DNA of 64,000 bases, from NCBI RefSeq assembly GCF_009914755.1, contig NC_060938.1. One strand, 5' to 3'. The notes under the pieces are model-generated. The model had not been told where the DNA came from and searched no databases. It saw only the letters and a list, made by a program, of their open reading frames with translations. This DNA is from the human T2T-CHM13v2.0 reference genome, Homo sapiens. This document shows, one piece after another, positions 38,351-51,779 of this stretch (its first letter is position 1; every line of letters starts with the position of its first letter). The position numbers were made by a program, and so were the translations under genes.

Positions 38351-39239
38351 TTTATCTAGTAAGACTTGTCAACTGAAGTTGTACTAGATTATAGGTGTAA
38401 ATACTGGAAATTTGGGTGGATATTTGGAGATGATTCTAACATGTTTAGAAAAAAGCTTATTTTAGATTACCGGAAAACTGTTGGTGATGCAGACTATTAA
38501 AACTTGAAGTCACTCTAATGAGTTTCTAGTTTAACGGTAAAAAAGCTGAATAAAAAGCCTATGTGTTTAGCTGCAGACTTTGTCTAGCCAACTGAATATA
38601 GTCTGCATTGCTTGCTATTAAGAGAAAAAAGGAAATAGTGTAAAAAACACTTAACCATTGGTAGTAAGAAACTAGAAATTATTTCTATTAGTCAGCCTTT
38701 GCTTGTGGTGTTTCTCACTTCTTATTTTTATGTATCAAATGAAAACATGTCTATCAGACACAGAGAATATTACTGTGTAGGTGGTGGTGAGTCATATTGT
38801 GGTATTTCATGTAATGACTAAGAATATTGGCAGAAATTTTACAGGCTGAAAACCTCCAAGGTTTGTTCTCTGTGTTTACCAATCCCTTTTAGGGCTTAAA
38901 GCTCTCTCTTGTTTTCCATTTATGTTTTTCCTGACTGGTTGGGAGCAGGTAATAATTCACTGAATGCACCTCTATGGAAACTGACAAAAATCTTACCTAG
39001 CTTTCAGATTTCTAACCACCATCATACTAAAATATTATTCTCAGGGTCATTGCAGTTAAATTTTAAGTGCTTCTTTGGCAATTCATGATTCCCAGATGAG
39101 ATGGTCATTTGCTGTAATGGGGCTGGATGTTTATATATTTAATGAATTATCATAGCTTAATAGTACATTTTCTCCATGCATTTTATAAAAATGTTTTCTG
39201 TTTATTTGCTGCCAAAGCATCACCCTTCAATCTGCCATT

Positions 39240-39347
39240 AGCTTCTTCCTCTTGATGTTGTACTTATTATCACCATGTCATGTGTCTTTAGGTCACAGCT
39301 TCTTCCCCTTGATGTTGTACTATCACCATGTCATGTGACTTGAGGTC
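39240..39347. repeat. ~57-bp imperfect tandem duplication
   Basis: agcttcttcc.cttgatgttgtact(tatt)atcaccatgtcatgtg.ctt.aggtc occurs twice. Confidence 0.92.
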
Positions 39348-40779
39348 TGCTTAGGTGCCTCTCCAGGGGCTTAACTTATTTCTGGTAGTGTTGAGTTGTG
39401 GGGTGGGAGGAGAGGGTTAAACTCAGAAAAGGCACTGCTAATGTTGAGTGTATCCTTGAGATGAACTGAAGGCTTGCAGCCTGCTGGGCTTGTGGGAAAC
39501 CCTTTCTGGGTGGAGTTAGGATAGGTGAATTGGGGCTGTTTATTCTGGACAAATATCTGAGGTATCTAATTTGAAAAATAAAAGTTAGACTTGTCTGAGT
39601 AAGAAAATGGTTGGTAATTCTGTGAACTCTGTACATTGAGTCAGATGGACAGGTACCTTATCAAGGACCATTAAAAAGCAAAACAAAAGAAAACAAAAAA
39701 CAAAACCCCCAAACACAATCACATACAAATAGCGAGTTGATTGGCAGGCTAACCTCAAGGGCCTGTCTTAGCTTCTTTCTCTCGTTTTTCTTAGTCCTCC
39801 TGCCCATTCCCCCACCTCAATCATTATTTGAATGTCCTCAGACCTTATCTAAATATATATTTGTATGTATGTAAAGAGTTAGTTAACTCATTAGAAATAG
39901 ATATCCTGAATTTCTTAGTGACTTCTCTTGTTAGCCAAAAACTTGTATTTTATCTCATTGAAATCTATTGATTAGGTAGATTTTCAAATAATAAATGCTT
40001 TAGATATTGCTTTAGAGGTTTTATAAATGATCCCATATTTCAGTTTAGCTAAAATCTCTGAAAAGAGCTTTTTCTTCCAAAGTGTTAGTCTTTCAACTCA
40101 TTCAAGACCCTTATTGTATATTATTTCAAAATTCCTTCCCTTGCTTTATCTAGCAAATGAATCCATTTCCTTCGATTGATTTGTAGCATGCCAATTGTTT
40201 TCTGATTTATGTAGGTTTCTCTACAGAACTGCCTGCTTATTCTACAGTGTGGAATTGGTAAGGTTTCTTTGTACAGAATCTCTTAGAAGTGGGGCTTAAT
40301 AATGCACTTTGTTACGGATGAAGCCTAGAACTTTAGTTCCCACAGCTGGGCTTCCCTCAGAGGTCCTTTCTTCTTAATAATAAAAAAAAATCTTTTCTCC
40401 AAAATATTATAAATATGTAAAATATATAAATATATAAAAGTATAATTAATATCATCTCCAAGAAGAAGAGCCTTTTAATCTGTTGGTTTTAGTTTTTGAG
40501 AAACTAAAACTTTCTCTGGAGAGGCATGATGCTTGATGCAAAGGTTTCTCCTTTTATCTCTTGCTTAATCATTTTCCTTTGACTTTTAAAACTCTATCCA
40601 TAGAGAATAACATGAAAAAAAAATTCTCTGACCAATGAAAGGAGCTCGGCCACCCAAGTCTAAGATGTAGTAAGATTTAGATTCTATACTCAACTAGGGT
40701 GCTTCCTGGGGTTTGAGTAATTACATCTGTTTGTAATCATAGTGAAAAACCTGGCTGTTAACTCACAGATGATCTGGTA

Positions 40780-41487
40780 CAGTAGTCCTCCCTTACCAGC
40801 AGGGGATATGGCCCATCTAAAACCCTCCCCTCCCCTGTGGATGCCTGAAACCACAGATAGTACTGAACGCTATATATACTATGTTTTTTTCCTATACATA
40901 TATATCTATGTTAAACTTTATAAATTAGGCATAGTAAGGGATTCACAACAATAACTAATAATAAAATAGAACAGTTATAACAATAGGTTGTAATAAATGT
41001 TAATGTGAATGTGGTCTCCTCCTCTCTTAAAATATCTTACTGTACTCACCCTTCTTTTGGTGATGATGTGAAATGATAAAATGCCTGTGTGATCAGATGA
41101 AGTGAGGTGAATGACATAGGCATCACGAGGTAGTGTTAGCCTACTATTGACCTTGAGATGAAATGTCAGGAGGAAGATCATCTGCTGCGGGTGAACCTGG
41201 CTCATGGAACCATGAGGATGCTGATGGTTAGATATTCATGACTAATGAGCAAGGAATGTATACAGCCTGAATATGCTGGACAAAGGGTGATTCATGGCCT
41301 GCACAGGACTAAGTGAGATTTCATTGCAATACCCAGAATGACACACAATTTTAAACTTAGGAATTTTTTATTTCTGGAATTTATTCTTTTAGAATTCTTA
41401 ATTTATACTTTTGGACCACAGTTGGCTAGAGGTAACTGAAATGGCAGAAAGTGAATTCAGAATTCAGAGAATAAGAGGACACTACTA
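40780..41487 (-). mobile_element. MER44C/D-like (Tigger7-derived TcMar DNA transposon)
   Basis: Terminal inverted repeats CAGTAGTCCTCCCTTA...TAAGAGGACACTACT(A), flanked by TA. About 708 bp. Shares internal sequence, inverted, with the element at 60466. Confidence 0.85.
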
Positions 41488-41956
41488 TACTTTTCTGTAG
41501 AGTCAGTATTAGGGGGAAAAACAAACTGAAAAGGTTCTTAAGGACTTCTTGTTAATATTAACATATCACTTAATTACAAAGGGACCTTGGGGGAAACATT
41601 GCCTGTTGCTTGGCCTAAATGGAATACACACTAATATAATTTATGTAACTTTCAAAGAAAGGATAAGAATATTTTAAGGAAGTGATCTTTGATTTCAAAG
41701 GAATGCTGTGTCTGAAACTGTAACATTTCCCAGATTGAGCTACTTACTTTAAAGGAGTACACAGTTTTCTTTCCTCCTTCTTCATACACTTCTTTCCAAT
41801 CAGTTTCTCTTTTAAGCCAACTCCTTGGTTTATCTAATGTTCAAACAATTTTCTTTTCTTACTATGTATATACAAAGCTGTATTTTTTCTACTTTGTCTA
41901 TATAGAATTTTTTGTTTGTTTTCCTGGGGCTCCAACAAGCAGGCTTGATTTTTTTT

Positions 41957-42190
41957 GACAGCTTTATTGAGGGATAATTTATATGTCATAGAATTCACCT
42001 CTTGTAATTGTACAGTTTGAGTTTTAATAAATGTTTATAGTTGTTAACCATCACCGCCATAGTTTATAACACTTCCAGCATCCCATCTCCCCTTGTGCCC
42101 ATTTGCAGTCATCCCTGCCCTTGCCTCTAGGCCCCAGACAATCATCCGCTTTCTGGCTCTGTAGATCTACTTTTTCTAAGAAATTCATGT
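41957..42190 (-). mobile_element. L1M 3' end fragment
   Basis: acagctttattgagggataattta...ccatcaccgcca...cccatttgcagtca. Confidence 0.7.
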
Positions 42191-42507
42191 TAAGAGATAC
42201 TATTGAGATACAGTGATACTAATTGCTTTATTTTTCATGAATGCTTCCTTTAGAATTTAATTACCAAAATGAAAAATCTCCTGAAATGTTACCTTGAAGT
42301 AATTTGAAGAATGATTTTCAAATTGTTTTGTATCCATTATTTTTTCCTTCTCCCATCAACTTTGCTTTCATTGCCCTTCTTGCCCAGCAGCCTATCTAAA
42401 TGAATATGCATAGTTAGAAGAGACAATGCAAAAACAATCCAGCTGTTTTGTAACTAAAGAAATACTGTGTGTTATCCAGAAGTAGGGTCTGTGAGAGGGA
42501 CTGGAGA

Positions 42508-43165
42508 TTCAAACATAGAAGCTAAAACTAAAACCGTACAGCTTCCAGAAGAAACCATACAATTTTTTTTTACCTGTAAGTTGTAGAATTTCTTAGAGAA
42601 GATTTACAATCATTAACTATATTTTAAAAATTGATAAATTAGACTTCATTAAAATTTTAAAAAACACGTGGTGATCAAAATATTAACAAAATGAGAAGGC
42701 AAGCCACAGGCTAGGAGAAATATTCTTAATATATACCTCTGGCAAAGGACATGTTTCCAGGATATATAAAGAATTACTTTAAATCAGTAAAAATAAGACA
42801 GGTAACTCAATAAAAATGGGCAAAAGATTTGAACAAACATTTCACAAAAGAACATGTATGAATGGCCAGTAAACATGTGAAAAGTTATATTTAGCACCAG
42901 TTGTCATTAGGAAAACGTAAACTAAAACTGCATTGAGATCGTACTTAACAGAAACTAGAAGAGCTAAAATTTAAAAAAACAGCACCAAGTGTTGATGAGA
43001 ATGTGGAGTAACTGGAACTGCCGTGTATTGCTGACATGAGTATAAGATGGTACCACTAGATTCTAAGGTGTTAAGTGTTACTTCAATGTATACCTTTGCC
43101 AAACTCAAAAACTGTATACTTAACATCTGTACATTTCACTGTATGTGCATTTCACCTCAAATAAT
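42508..43165 (+). mobile_element. L1M (ME/MD-like) ORF2 end and 3' end
   Basis: aaatgagaaggcaagccacaggctaggagaaatatt; aaaatgggcaaaagatttgaacaaacatttcacaaaaga; gagaatgtggagtaactggaact. Confidence 0.8.
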
Positions 43166-43190
43166 AGGCTTTAATCTTTAAAATGCATTG

Positions 43191-43352
43191 GGCATGTGCC
43201 ATGGCCCATGCCTGTAATCTCAGCACTTTGGGAGGCTGAGGCTGGAGGATGACTTGAGCACAGGAGGTCAAGGTTACAGTGAGCTATGATCACACCACTG
43301 CACTCCAGCCTGGATGACAGAGAGAGACCCTATCTCTAAACAATAAAATAAT
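43191..43352 (+). mobile_element. Alu monomer (FRAM/AluJ-like)
   Basis: gcctgtaatctcagcactttgggaggctgagg...gaggtcaaggttacagtgagctatgatcacaccactgcactccagcctgg. Single arm only. Confidence 0.85.
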
Positions 43353-43821
43353 CAAATAATCCTCACTATATCTTGAAATATCCCTTCCCTTCCTCCCTCC
43401 CAGCTTCCCCATCTTCTCTACTTTCTGCACACCTTCCTTTTTTTTTTTTTTTTTTTTTTTTTCATTTCTGCTATGTCAGACTGCTTTTAAGTACTGATGC
43501 AAAGATGAATAGAACAAATTGAGTTCGCGTCTTTTGGGAACGAGTTCACAATGAGAGTCAGACGTACCAATAACATATAGCAATGTGATAAATTCCACAA
43601 AGTACAGAGGAGCTACTCATCCCCAGAAAGGCAGGATAGGCTACCTGGAGGGAATAGCTGATGCCTTGTAAAAGCTTATATGAATAGGATTGCCTCTTAG
43701 ACATGGTGGGCCCTTGGAAAAGGGGAACAGCATGTGCAAACTTTCAGAAGTTGGCAACTTGTGATCAGAGGTAATAGTTTTAAGTGCTATCATTTTTTCT
43801 AAGAAAAAGGGCATGAGTTAC

Positions 43822-44407
43822 TGTTATTGTTTTTATTTTCTCTCCTCCTCTCCCCTTTCCCTCTGTTCCCTGTTTCCTATTAGCCCTTCAGAATGCAAAT
43901 ATAACCTGTCACCTTCCCCTCACCAGACATTTCCTGCAGGATGAGTTCTTACTGTCTGTCCCAAGACAGATTTCTCTGCAAGAGTTGACAGTCGACTTGC
44001 AAACCAAAACATACCTGCTATGGAACGTTCACCTCTAGGGAATAACGTTAGATCTTCCACCCTCGGGGGGTTGCCTCAGGACTTTCATCTACCAGGAGGA
44101 CATATCAAAAGTATGCCGGCTTGGCCACTTTTACAACTTATTTCTGCTCAGAAAGGCACCAACTCAACTGTTCAGTAGATAAGACACCAGGCTAGCAGGG
44201 GGACCCCTTGCCCTTGCTCACTACCCCCTTACCTTATAAAGATGTCTGTTTTCTGCTCCAAAGGTGAAGTGGCGTATTTAAAGGCAGGACGCTTTGTGCC
44301 CCTTCCCCAAGCTAGCTTTGGAGTAAATTCACTTGCCTTGTATCAGACCTTACTCTTGTTAATTGGACTTCGCATGCAGTGAGCAATTAACCTGCTTTTT
44401 GGATACA
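43822..44407 (+). mobile_element. Solo LTR, probably ERVL class (MER73/MER54-group-like), inserted in an L2
   Basis: TG...CA ends, TATA-like cttataaaga (~44233), poly(A)-signal-like agtaaa (~44322) and a U5-like end. L2-like sequence lies on both sides (43480-43760, 44460-44555). No clean TSD seen, and the family call is uncertain. Confidence 0.6.
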
Positions 44408-44426
44408 CTAGAAGGTGCTGCTGTTG

Positions 44427-44454
44427 GAGGAGGAGGAGGAGGAGGAGGAGGAGG
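44427..44454. repeat. (GGA)n trinucleotide repeat
   Basis: About 9 units, read directly. Confidence 0.9.
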
Positions 44455-45070
44455 GGAGGTGGGAAGGTCAGCAAAAGCCATGTCATGAAGGGACCTTTAC
44501 CTGCTAAGGAATTTGGACTTTATCTTGGAAAGAATGGGAACCTGTAAAGCTTTCTATCACCTTGTCTTCCTAACTAGATTATAAATTCCTTGAAATCAGG
44601 ATCTGTTATTCATCTTTGTATTCTTTATAACGTCTGGCCCTGGTCCTGGAATGGGTAGGACAGTGAGTAAGTGTTGATTGATCTTGTAAGGCTGTGATAG
44701 TTTCTTAGAGTCCTGCCTGCTTGATTCAGCCATATTATGAAATCAAAATGAGTCAGAGCAGAGATACTTTTGGAATGGAGGGGTAGGGATCTTATTATTA
44801 TTATACCCTGGTCATTGTGCCTAGGCTCTCCCAGTTATTATCGAATTTAATCTGTGTAACTCTCCTCACTCAGAATCCACTAATCCAGATTGCTCATAGG
44901 ATAAAGAATTAAGTTCACAGTGGCTTTCAAGGCTGCTGTTCATTGTCTGCAGTGCTTTCTACCTCTTTACTTCTTATGTACCTCTAAGCTCTGTATATTT
45001 CCTGGGGAAAGCCTTCACTGTCCCACCTTTCCCCATAACAAGTGGGCTCTCAGAACTCAACTTAGTGTGT

Positions 45071-45148
45071 AACATGTTCCCTCATAATGGAATTTTCCGT
45101 AAAAAACCCTCATTGCTTCCCTGATTGTTCATTGTGTTGATCATTCTT
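45071..45148 (+). repeat. Copy 1 of a ~78-bp dispersed direct repeat
   Basis: Matches 46298-46375 with about 4 differences in the first 70 nt. Confidence 0.93.
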
Positions 45149-45502
45149 GAGTTAGTGTGACTATTTGATTTCCCCTCCATCTGCATGAGGATTGAGCTCC
45201 ATGATAGCTTTTTGAACCCTGTGCCTATCACAATGCCTGGAATTTAATAGATAGATATTCAACAACATTTTTTTGATAGATGACTATCAGGAATATATGA
45301 CTATTCTGTCTTCAGATGAAGAAATTGAAGTTCAGAGGCTGAGTCACTTGTGCAAGGTTACGTAAGCCATAAAGCCAGATGTGGAACTCAGGGATATCTG
45401 ATAACAAATCCCACTCTTTTTGCTAAGAGACACTCAGTAGATGGATGCATTTTGATGTTTGTATCAGTGTCGTGATTTTGCCTACCTGTGTTGACAGAAT
45501 GA

Positions 45503-45750
45503 ACAGTGTGGTGGTGAAGAACATGGGCTGTGTAACCAGACAGTCTAGACTCGAGTTCTTCCTCCACTGTTTACCAGCTTTGTTGCCTTGAGCAAGCTAC
45601 TTAATCCTCTCTGACTCAGTTTTCTGGAAAACAGTATAATAATATGACCTACTTTATAGGATTGTTGTAAGGATACACTATATTCATCAATATAAAACAC
45701 TACTATTAAGAACATAGAAAGTGCTCAATAATTGTTAGCTATTACTATTA
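45503..45750 (+). mobile_element. MIR (near full length)
   Basis: cagtgtggtggtgaagaacatgggct...ccttgagcaagctacttaatcctctctgactcagttt...gtgctcaataattgttagctatta. Confidence 0.8.
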
Positions 45751-46297
45751 GCAGTACCCATTTATTCCTTTCCATTTTCTTACTGTAATCCAAAATCATA
45801 TGCAGAGACCCTACAGTAATTTTTTTTTGCTCAGTGAAAATTATCTTCCTGCATGAAATACCTGCCCCTAATTCCTAGTTCATATGTGTTCTTTCAATTC
45901 AGAATTGGTCATTTCTGCATCTCAGCAGAAGCAGAAGTTATCTACCTGTGACAGCAAAACATATTAAAACCCTTTGCTTTGAATTTCTAGGTTTTAGGAA
46001 TCACATGTTTCTTCACACCTCTGCTCAGTTAACAAAAACTGTGCTGTAGTGAAGTAAAGGATGCACTCTTAATAGTACAGTTCTCTCTCACACAAACCAA
46101 ATGTTACCCCCAAAACTAAGCAAGTTACTATTGAACTGTTTGAATAATTGACCTGATTGTTGAGAAGTGATTTATGTCACCATTATTTTCCCATTCATCA
46201 ATAGTTAAGTGCAGGTATGAATAACAGGAAATTAAAAAGGAAGAAAAATAATTACTTCACATATATAATAGCTGTATGCCAAAATTCTAACATTTTA

Positions 46298-46375
46298 AAC
46301 ATGTTCCCTCATAATGGAATTTTCTGTAAAAAATCCCTCATTGCTTCTCTGGTTGTTCATTGTGTTGAAATTCTT
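46298..46375 (+). repeat. Copy 2 of a ~78-bp dispersed direct repeat
   Basis: aacatgttccctcataatggaattttctgtaaaaaatccctcattgcttc... Confidence 0.93.
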
Positions 46376-46860
46376 AATAGCTAGTTTTTGTGGTTAGGGA
46401 GTAATACTGTATGTGTGTGTTTTTGTGATGTAACTGTTTACCTTGCCCTTGAAAGTAGCAATTGATTTGTGTTTAAATGATGAAATAACAACAGTACAGT
46501 TGCCACCTCTGTGTCAGGCAATACTGCATGCTTAGTTGATTTGCCAATCCTCACAACAGCCTTGCAAGAGAAATGATGTACCTCTCCTGGAGATGAGGAT
46601 ATAGAGGCTTAAAAAGATCATGAACTTCCCAAAGGAACTAGCATATTTTAGGCCATGACTAGGCACTGGAGGTGTGGGTGTTAACAAGATACTGTGTAAG
46701 GTGATAACTAGAAGCAAGCCTGGCAAACTCAGTTGGGATTATAAATGGAAGACATCAAAGACAGGCCGATGAGTGGAGAATTAATTTTGCAGGCAATGTG
46801 GAACTAATAAAGTTTTTTGAACTGGGAGCTCAAAACAGCACAGGTGCTCCATTTTTAAGG

Positions 46861-47028
46861 CAGTGGTTCTAAAATGTGGTCTTAGGACCAGCAGCAACAC
46901 CTGGGAACTTACTGAAAATGCAGTGTCGTGTACCTTTTCCTCCCTGTTCAATCCTAAATGCTGGATGATAAGTGATTTAAGGAACCTTCCTGGTGATTCT
47001 GATGCTTGCTCATGTTTGAGAACCACTT
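46861..47028. mobile_element. MER5A hAT-Charlie MITE
   Basis: TIRs CAGTGGTTCT...GAGAACCACT. Internal ggaccagcagca...cctgggaactt and ggtgattctgatgc. Confidence 0.85.
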
Positions 47029-50000
47029 CTTTAGGAGAAATCTGGCCATGTTCAGCAGAATTGGAAAGACAAAGAGGAACACTGGGAGGCTATAGCCAGA
47101 AGCCAAGGAGAGGTTATTAGGACATAAGTGTTCGTGGTTTCAGTGAGAATGAAAGGGAAAATCAAAGGGGAAAAAAATGAGGTTTTTCAGGGAAGAAATA
47201 ACAGGACTTGATGACTAAATAGAGGTGGGAATATAAGATGTGAAGTCAGTATCCTAAGCCTACATGTCCATGAGTATTATAGAACTGCAGATATATGCAA
47301 GAGCCATTCAGAGGGGGACTTTTAAAATATTCCTTGGAGATCTAAATCTTACTGTGTTTAATTTACATATTTTATTGAAATGGCTAAAATGTCAGATGTA
47401 GAATTTCAGAATCTGATGGCAAGGAAGCTCATTTAGATACAAGAGAAGGTTGAAACCCAATCCAAGGAAAACAGTAAAATGATCCTGGAGTTGAAAGATG
47501 AAATAACCATTTTTAAGAAAGAACCAAACTGAACTTCTGGAAATAAAAAAATCACTACAGGAATTTCAAAATACAATTGGAAGAATAGATCAAACTGAGG
47601 AAGGAATCTCAGAGCTTGAATACCATTCCTTTGAAGTAACACAGGCAGACAAAAATAAAGAATGAAAGAATGTAAAAAAAGAATGAAACTTCAAAAATAT
47701 GGGATTATGTGAATGCCTGTATTTATTGGCATTTCAGAAAGAAAAGAGAGATCAAGCAACTTGGAAAATATATTTGAGGATGTAGTCAACGAAAATTTCC
47801 CCAGTCTCACTAGAGGGGTTGACGTGCAAATTCAAGAAATTCAGAGAACTCCTATGAGAAACTATGCAGGGTAACCATCCCTAAGACACATAGTCATCAG
47901 ATTCTCCAAGGTCAATGAAAAAGAAAAATCTTAAAGGCAGCTAGAGAGAAGGGGAAGGTCACTTACAAAGGAAACCCCATCAAGCTAACAGTGGACCTTT
48001 CGGCAGAAACCTTATAAGCCAGAAGAGATTCAGGGACTATTTTCAATATCCTTAAAGAAAAGAAATTCCAACCAAGAATTTCATATCCTGCGAAACTAAG
48101 CTTCATAAAGTGAAGGAGAAACAAAATCGTTTTCAGACAAGCAAATGCTAAGGGAACTTGTTGCAATTAGACCTGCGTTACAAGATCTACTAAAGGGAGT
48201 GCTAAATATGGAAATGAAAGAACAATACCTGCCATGATAATGAAGTCTACATATGCACATACAATCAAGTCTACATAACAACCAGCTAACGGCACAATGA
48301 AAGGATCAAATCCTCACATATTAATATGGATTCTGAATGTAAACAGGCTAAATGTCCCGCTCAAAAGGCATGGAGTAGCAATTTGGATAAAGAAGCAAGA
48401 CCCACTGTCTGCTGCCTTCAAGAGACCCATCTCACAAGTAATGGTGCTGATAGGCTCAAAGTAAAAGAAGTGTCAGGAAAGTGGAAAACAAAAAAGAACA
48501 TGGGTTGCTATTCTTGTATCTGATAAAACAGATTTTAAACCAACAATGATCAAAAAGGACAAAGAAAGGCATTGCATAATGATAAAGGGCCCAAGCCAAC
48601 AAGAAGACTTAACTATCCTAAATATATACATACCCAATATTGGAGCACCCAGATTCATAAAACAGGATTTTAGAGACCTACAAGAGATTTAGAGAACCAA
48701 ACAGTGATACTGGGGGACTTCAACACCCTACCAACAGTGTTAAACAGATCATTGAGGCAGAAAACTAACAGAGATATTCTAGACTTAAACTCAGTGCTTG
48801 GCCAATTGGACCTAATAGACATCTACAGAACACTCCATCCAACAACAATAGAATATATATTTTGCTCATCTCACATGGCACATACTCTAAGATCAACCAC
48901 ATATTCAGCCATAAAACAAATCTCAGCAAATTCAGAAAAATCAAAATCATACCAATCACACTCTTTGACCACAGTGGAATAAAAATGGAAATCAATACCA
49001 AGAAGATCTATCAAAACCATAAAAATCACATGGAAGTTAAACAACCTGCTCCTGAAAGACTTTTGGGTAAAGAATGAAATTAAGGCAAAAGTATAAAAAT
49101 TTTTTTTTAAATCCTTGAAATTAATGACGACAAAGACAAAATATACCAGAATTTTTGGGACATAGCTAAAGCAGGGTTAAGAAGAAAGTCTGTTGTGCTA
49201 AACACCTACATCAAAAAGTTAGATCTCAAATTAACCTAATGATGCACCTACAGGAACTAGAAAAACAAGAGCAAGTCAACTCCAAAGCTAGCAGGAGAAA
49301 AGAAATAACCAAAATCAGAGCTAAACTGAATGAAATTGAGATGTGAAAATTCATACAAAAAGTCAGCAAACCAAAAATTTAATCTTTCTTGGAAAGATTA
49401 AACAAGATTTATAGACTGCTAGCTAGATTAATAAGGGAAAAAGCAGAGAAAATCTAAATAAACACAGTCAGAAATGACAAAGGTAACATTACAACTGACA
49501 CCACGGAAACAAACAAAAAAATCCTTAGAGACTGTTACGAACACCTCTGTGCACACAAACAAGGTGTTTAAGAAATGGATACATTCCCAGAAACACACAG
49601 CCTCCCAAGTTTGAACCAGGAAGAAATTTAAGTCATGAACAGACCAATAATGAGTTCTGAAATTAAATCAGTAATACAAAAAAATACCTACCAACCAGAA
49701 AAAAGCCCTGGACTAGATAGATTCACAGCTGAATTCTACCAGATATATGAAGAAGAGCTAGTACCAATCCTACTGAAATTATTCCAAAAATTCAAAGAGA
49801 AGGGACTCCTCCCTAACTCTCTAAAACCAGCATCACCCTGATACCAAAGACTGGCAGAGACACAAGAAAAAAAGAGAAAAATTCAGGCTAATATCTCTGA
49901 TGAAGGTAGATGCAAGAATCCTCAGCAAAGTACTAGCTAACCAAATCCAGCAGCACATCAAAAAGTTAATTCACCACAATCAAGTAGGCTTTATTCCTGA

Positions 50001-51719
50001 TATGCAAAGTTGGTTTAACATATGCCAATCAATAAACGTGATTCACCACATAAACAGAATAATAAAAACCTTTGATCATCTCTATAGATGCAGAAGAGGC
50101 CTTTGATAAAATTCAGCATCCCTTCATGTTAAAAAAAATCCTCAACAAATTAGGCATCAAAGGAACATACCTCAAAATAGCAAGAGCCATCTATGACAAA
50201 CCCACAGCCAGCATCATACTGAATGGACAAAAGCTGGAAGCCTTCCCTTTGAGAACTAGAATAAGACAAGTATGCCCATTCTCACCACTTCTATGCAACG
50301 TGGTACTGGAATTGCTAGCCAGAGCAAATAAGCAAGAGAAAGAAATAAAAGGCTTCAAAATAAGAGAGGAAGTCAAACTGTGTCTCTTTATGATGTGTTT
50401 CTATACCTAGAAAACCCCATAGACTCTGCCAGAAGGTTTCTAGAACTGATAAACAACTTTAGTACAGTTACAGGATGCAAAACCAATGTGGAAAAATCAG
50501 TAGCATTTTTATACACCAATAACATTCAAGTTCAGACCTACATAAAGAACAAAATTCCACTTACAATAGCTTCAAAAAGAATAAAATACCTAGGAATATG
50601 CTTATCAAAGAAGTGAAAGATCTCTACAATGAGAATTACACTGCAGAAAGAAATCAGAGGCAACATAAACAAATGGAAAAACATTCCCTGCTCATGGATA
50701 GGAAGAATCAATATTGTTAAAATGACCATACTGCCCAAAGCAATTTACAGAGTCAATGCTATTCCTGTCAAACTGCCAATGTCATTTTTCACAGAATTAG
50801 AAAAAAGTAACCTAAAATTCATATAGAACCAAAAAGGAGCACGGACCATCAAAGCAATCCTAAGCAAAAAGAACAAAGCCGGGGGCATCACACCAACCAA
50901 CTTCAAACTATACAGCAAGGCTACAAAAACCAAAACATCATGGTACTGGTATAAAAACAGACACATAAACCAATGGAACAGCATGGAGAACCCAGAAATG
51001 AAGCCACACACCTACAACCACCTGATCTCTAACAAAGTTGACAATAACAAACAGTAAAGAAAGGACATCCTATTCAATAAATGGTGGTAGGATAACTGTC
51101 TAGCCATAGGCAGAAGATTGAAATTGGACCCCTTTCTTTCACATAAGCAAAAATTAACTCAAGATAGATTGAAGACTTAACTGTAAGACCTAAAACAATG
51201 AAAACCCTAGAGGAAAACCTAGGAAATACCATTCTGCACATCAGCTTTGGCAAAGAATTTCTGACTAAGTCTCTAAAAGAAATGGGAACAAAAACAAAAA
51301 TTGACAAGTGGGACCTGATTAAACAGTTTCTCCACAGCAAAAGACTGTCAAGAGAGTAAATAGACACCCTGCAGAATCAGAGACAATATTTGCAAAGTGT
51401 GCATCTGACAAAGGTCTAATATCCAGAATCTACAAGAAATCAGCAAGCAAAAAACAACCCAATGAAAAAATGGGCAAAAGACATTAAGAGACACTTCTGA
51501 AAAGAAGGCATGCATGCAACCAATATGAAAAAATGCTAATCACTGTACTACTCTGTTTTCATACTACTGCAAAGAACTACCTGAGACTGGGCAATTTACT
51601 AAGAAAAGAGGTTTAATTGACTCACAATTCTGCAGGCTTAACAGGAAGCATGACTGGGGGGCCTCAGGAAACTTACAATCATGGCAGAAGGGGAAGCAAG
51701 CACATTTTCCTGTGATAGC

Positions 51720-51721
<2 letters not shown>

Positions 51722-51752
<31 letters not shown>
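51722..51752. repeat. (GA)n microsatellite inside the MSTA LTR
   Basis: About 15 units. Confidence 0.9.
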
Positions 51753-51756
<4 letters not shown>

Positions 51757-51779
51757 CGAAGGGGGCAGTACCACACACT

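Noticed and set aside
48326-50826. ORFs with endonuclease and reverse transcriptase motifs
   Set aside because: Fragments of a dead L1 ORF2 with numerous stops and frameshifts and a degenerate catalytic region. Not a functional gene.
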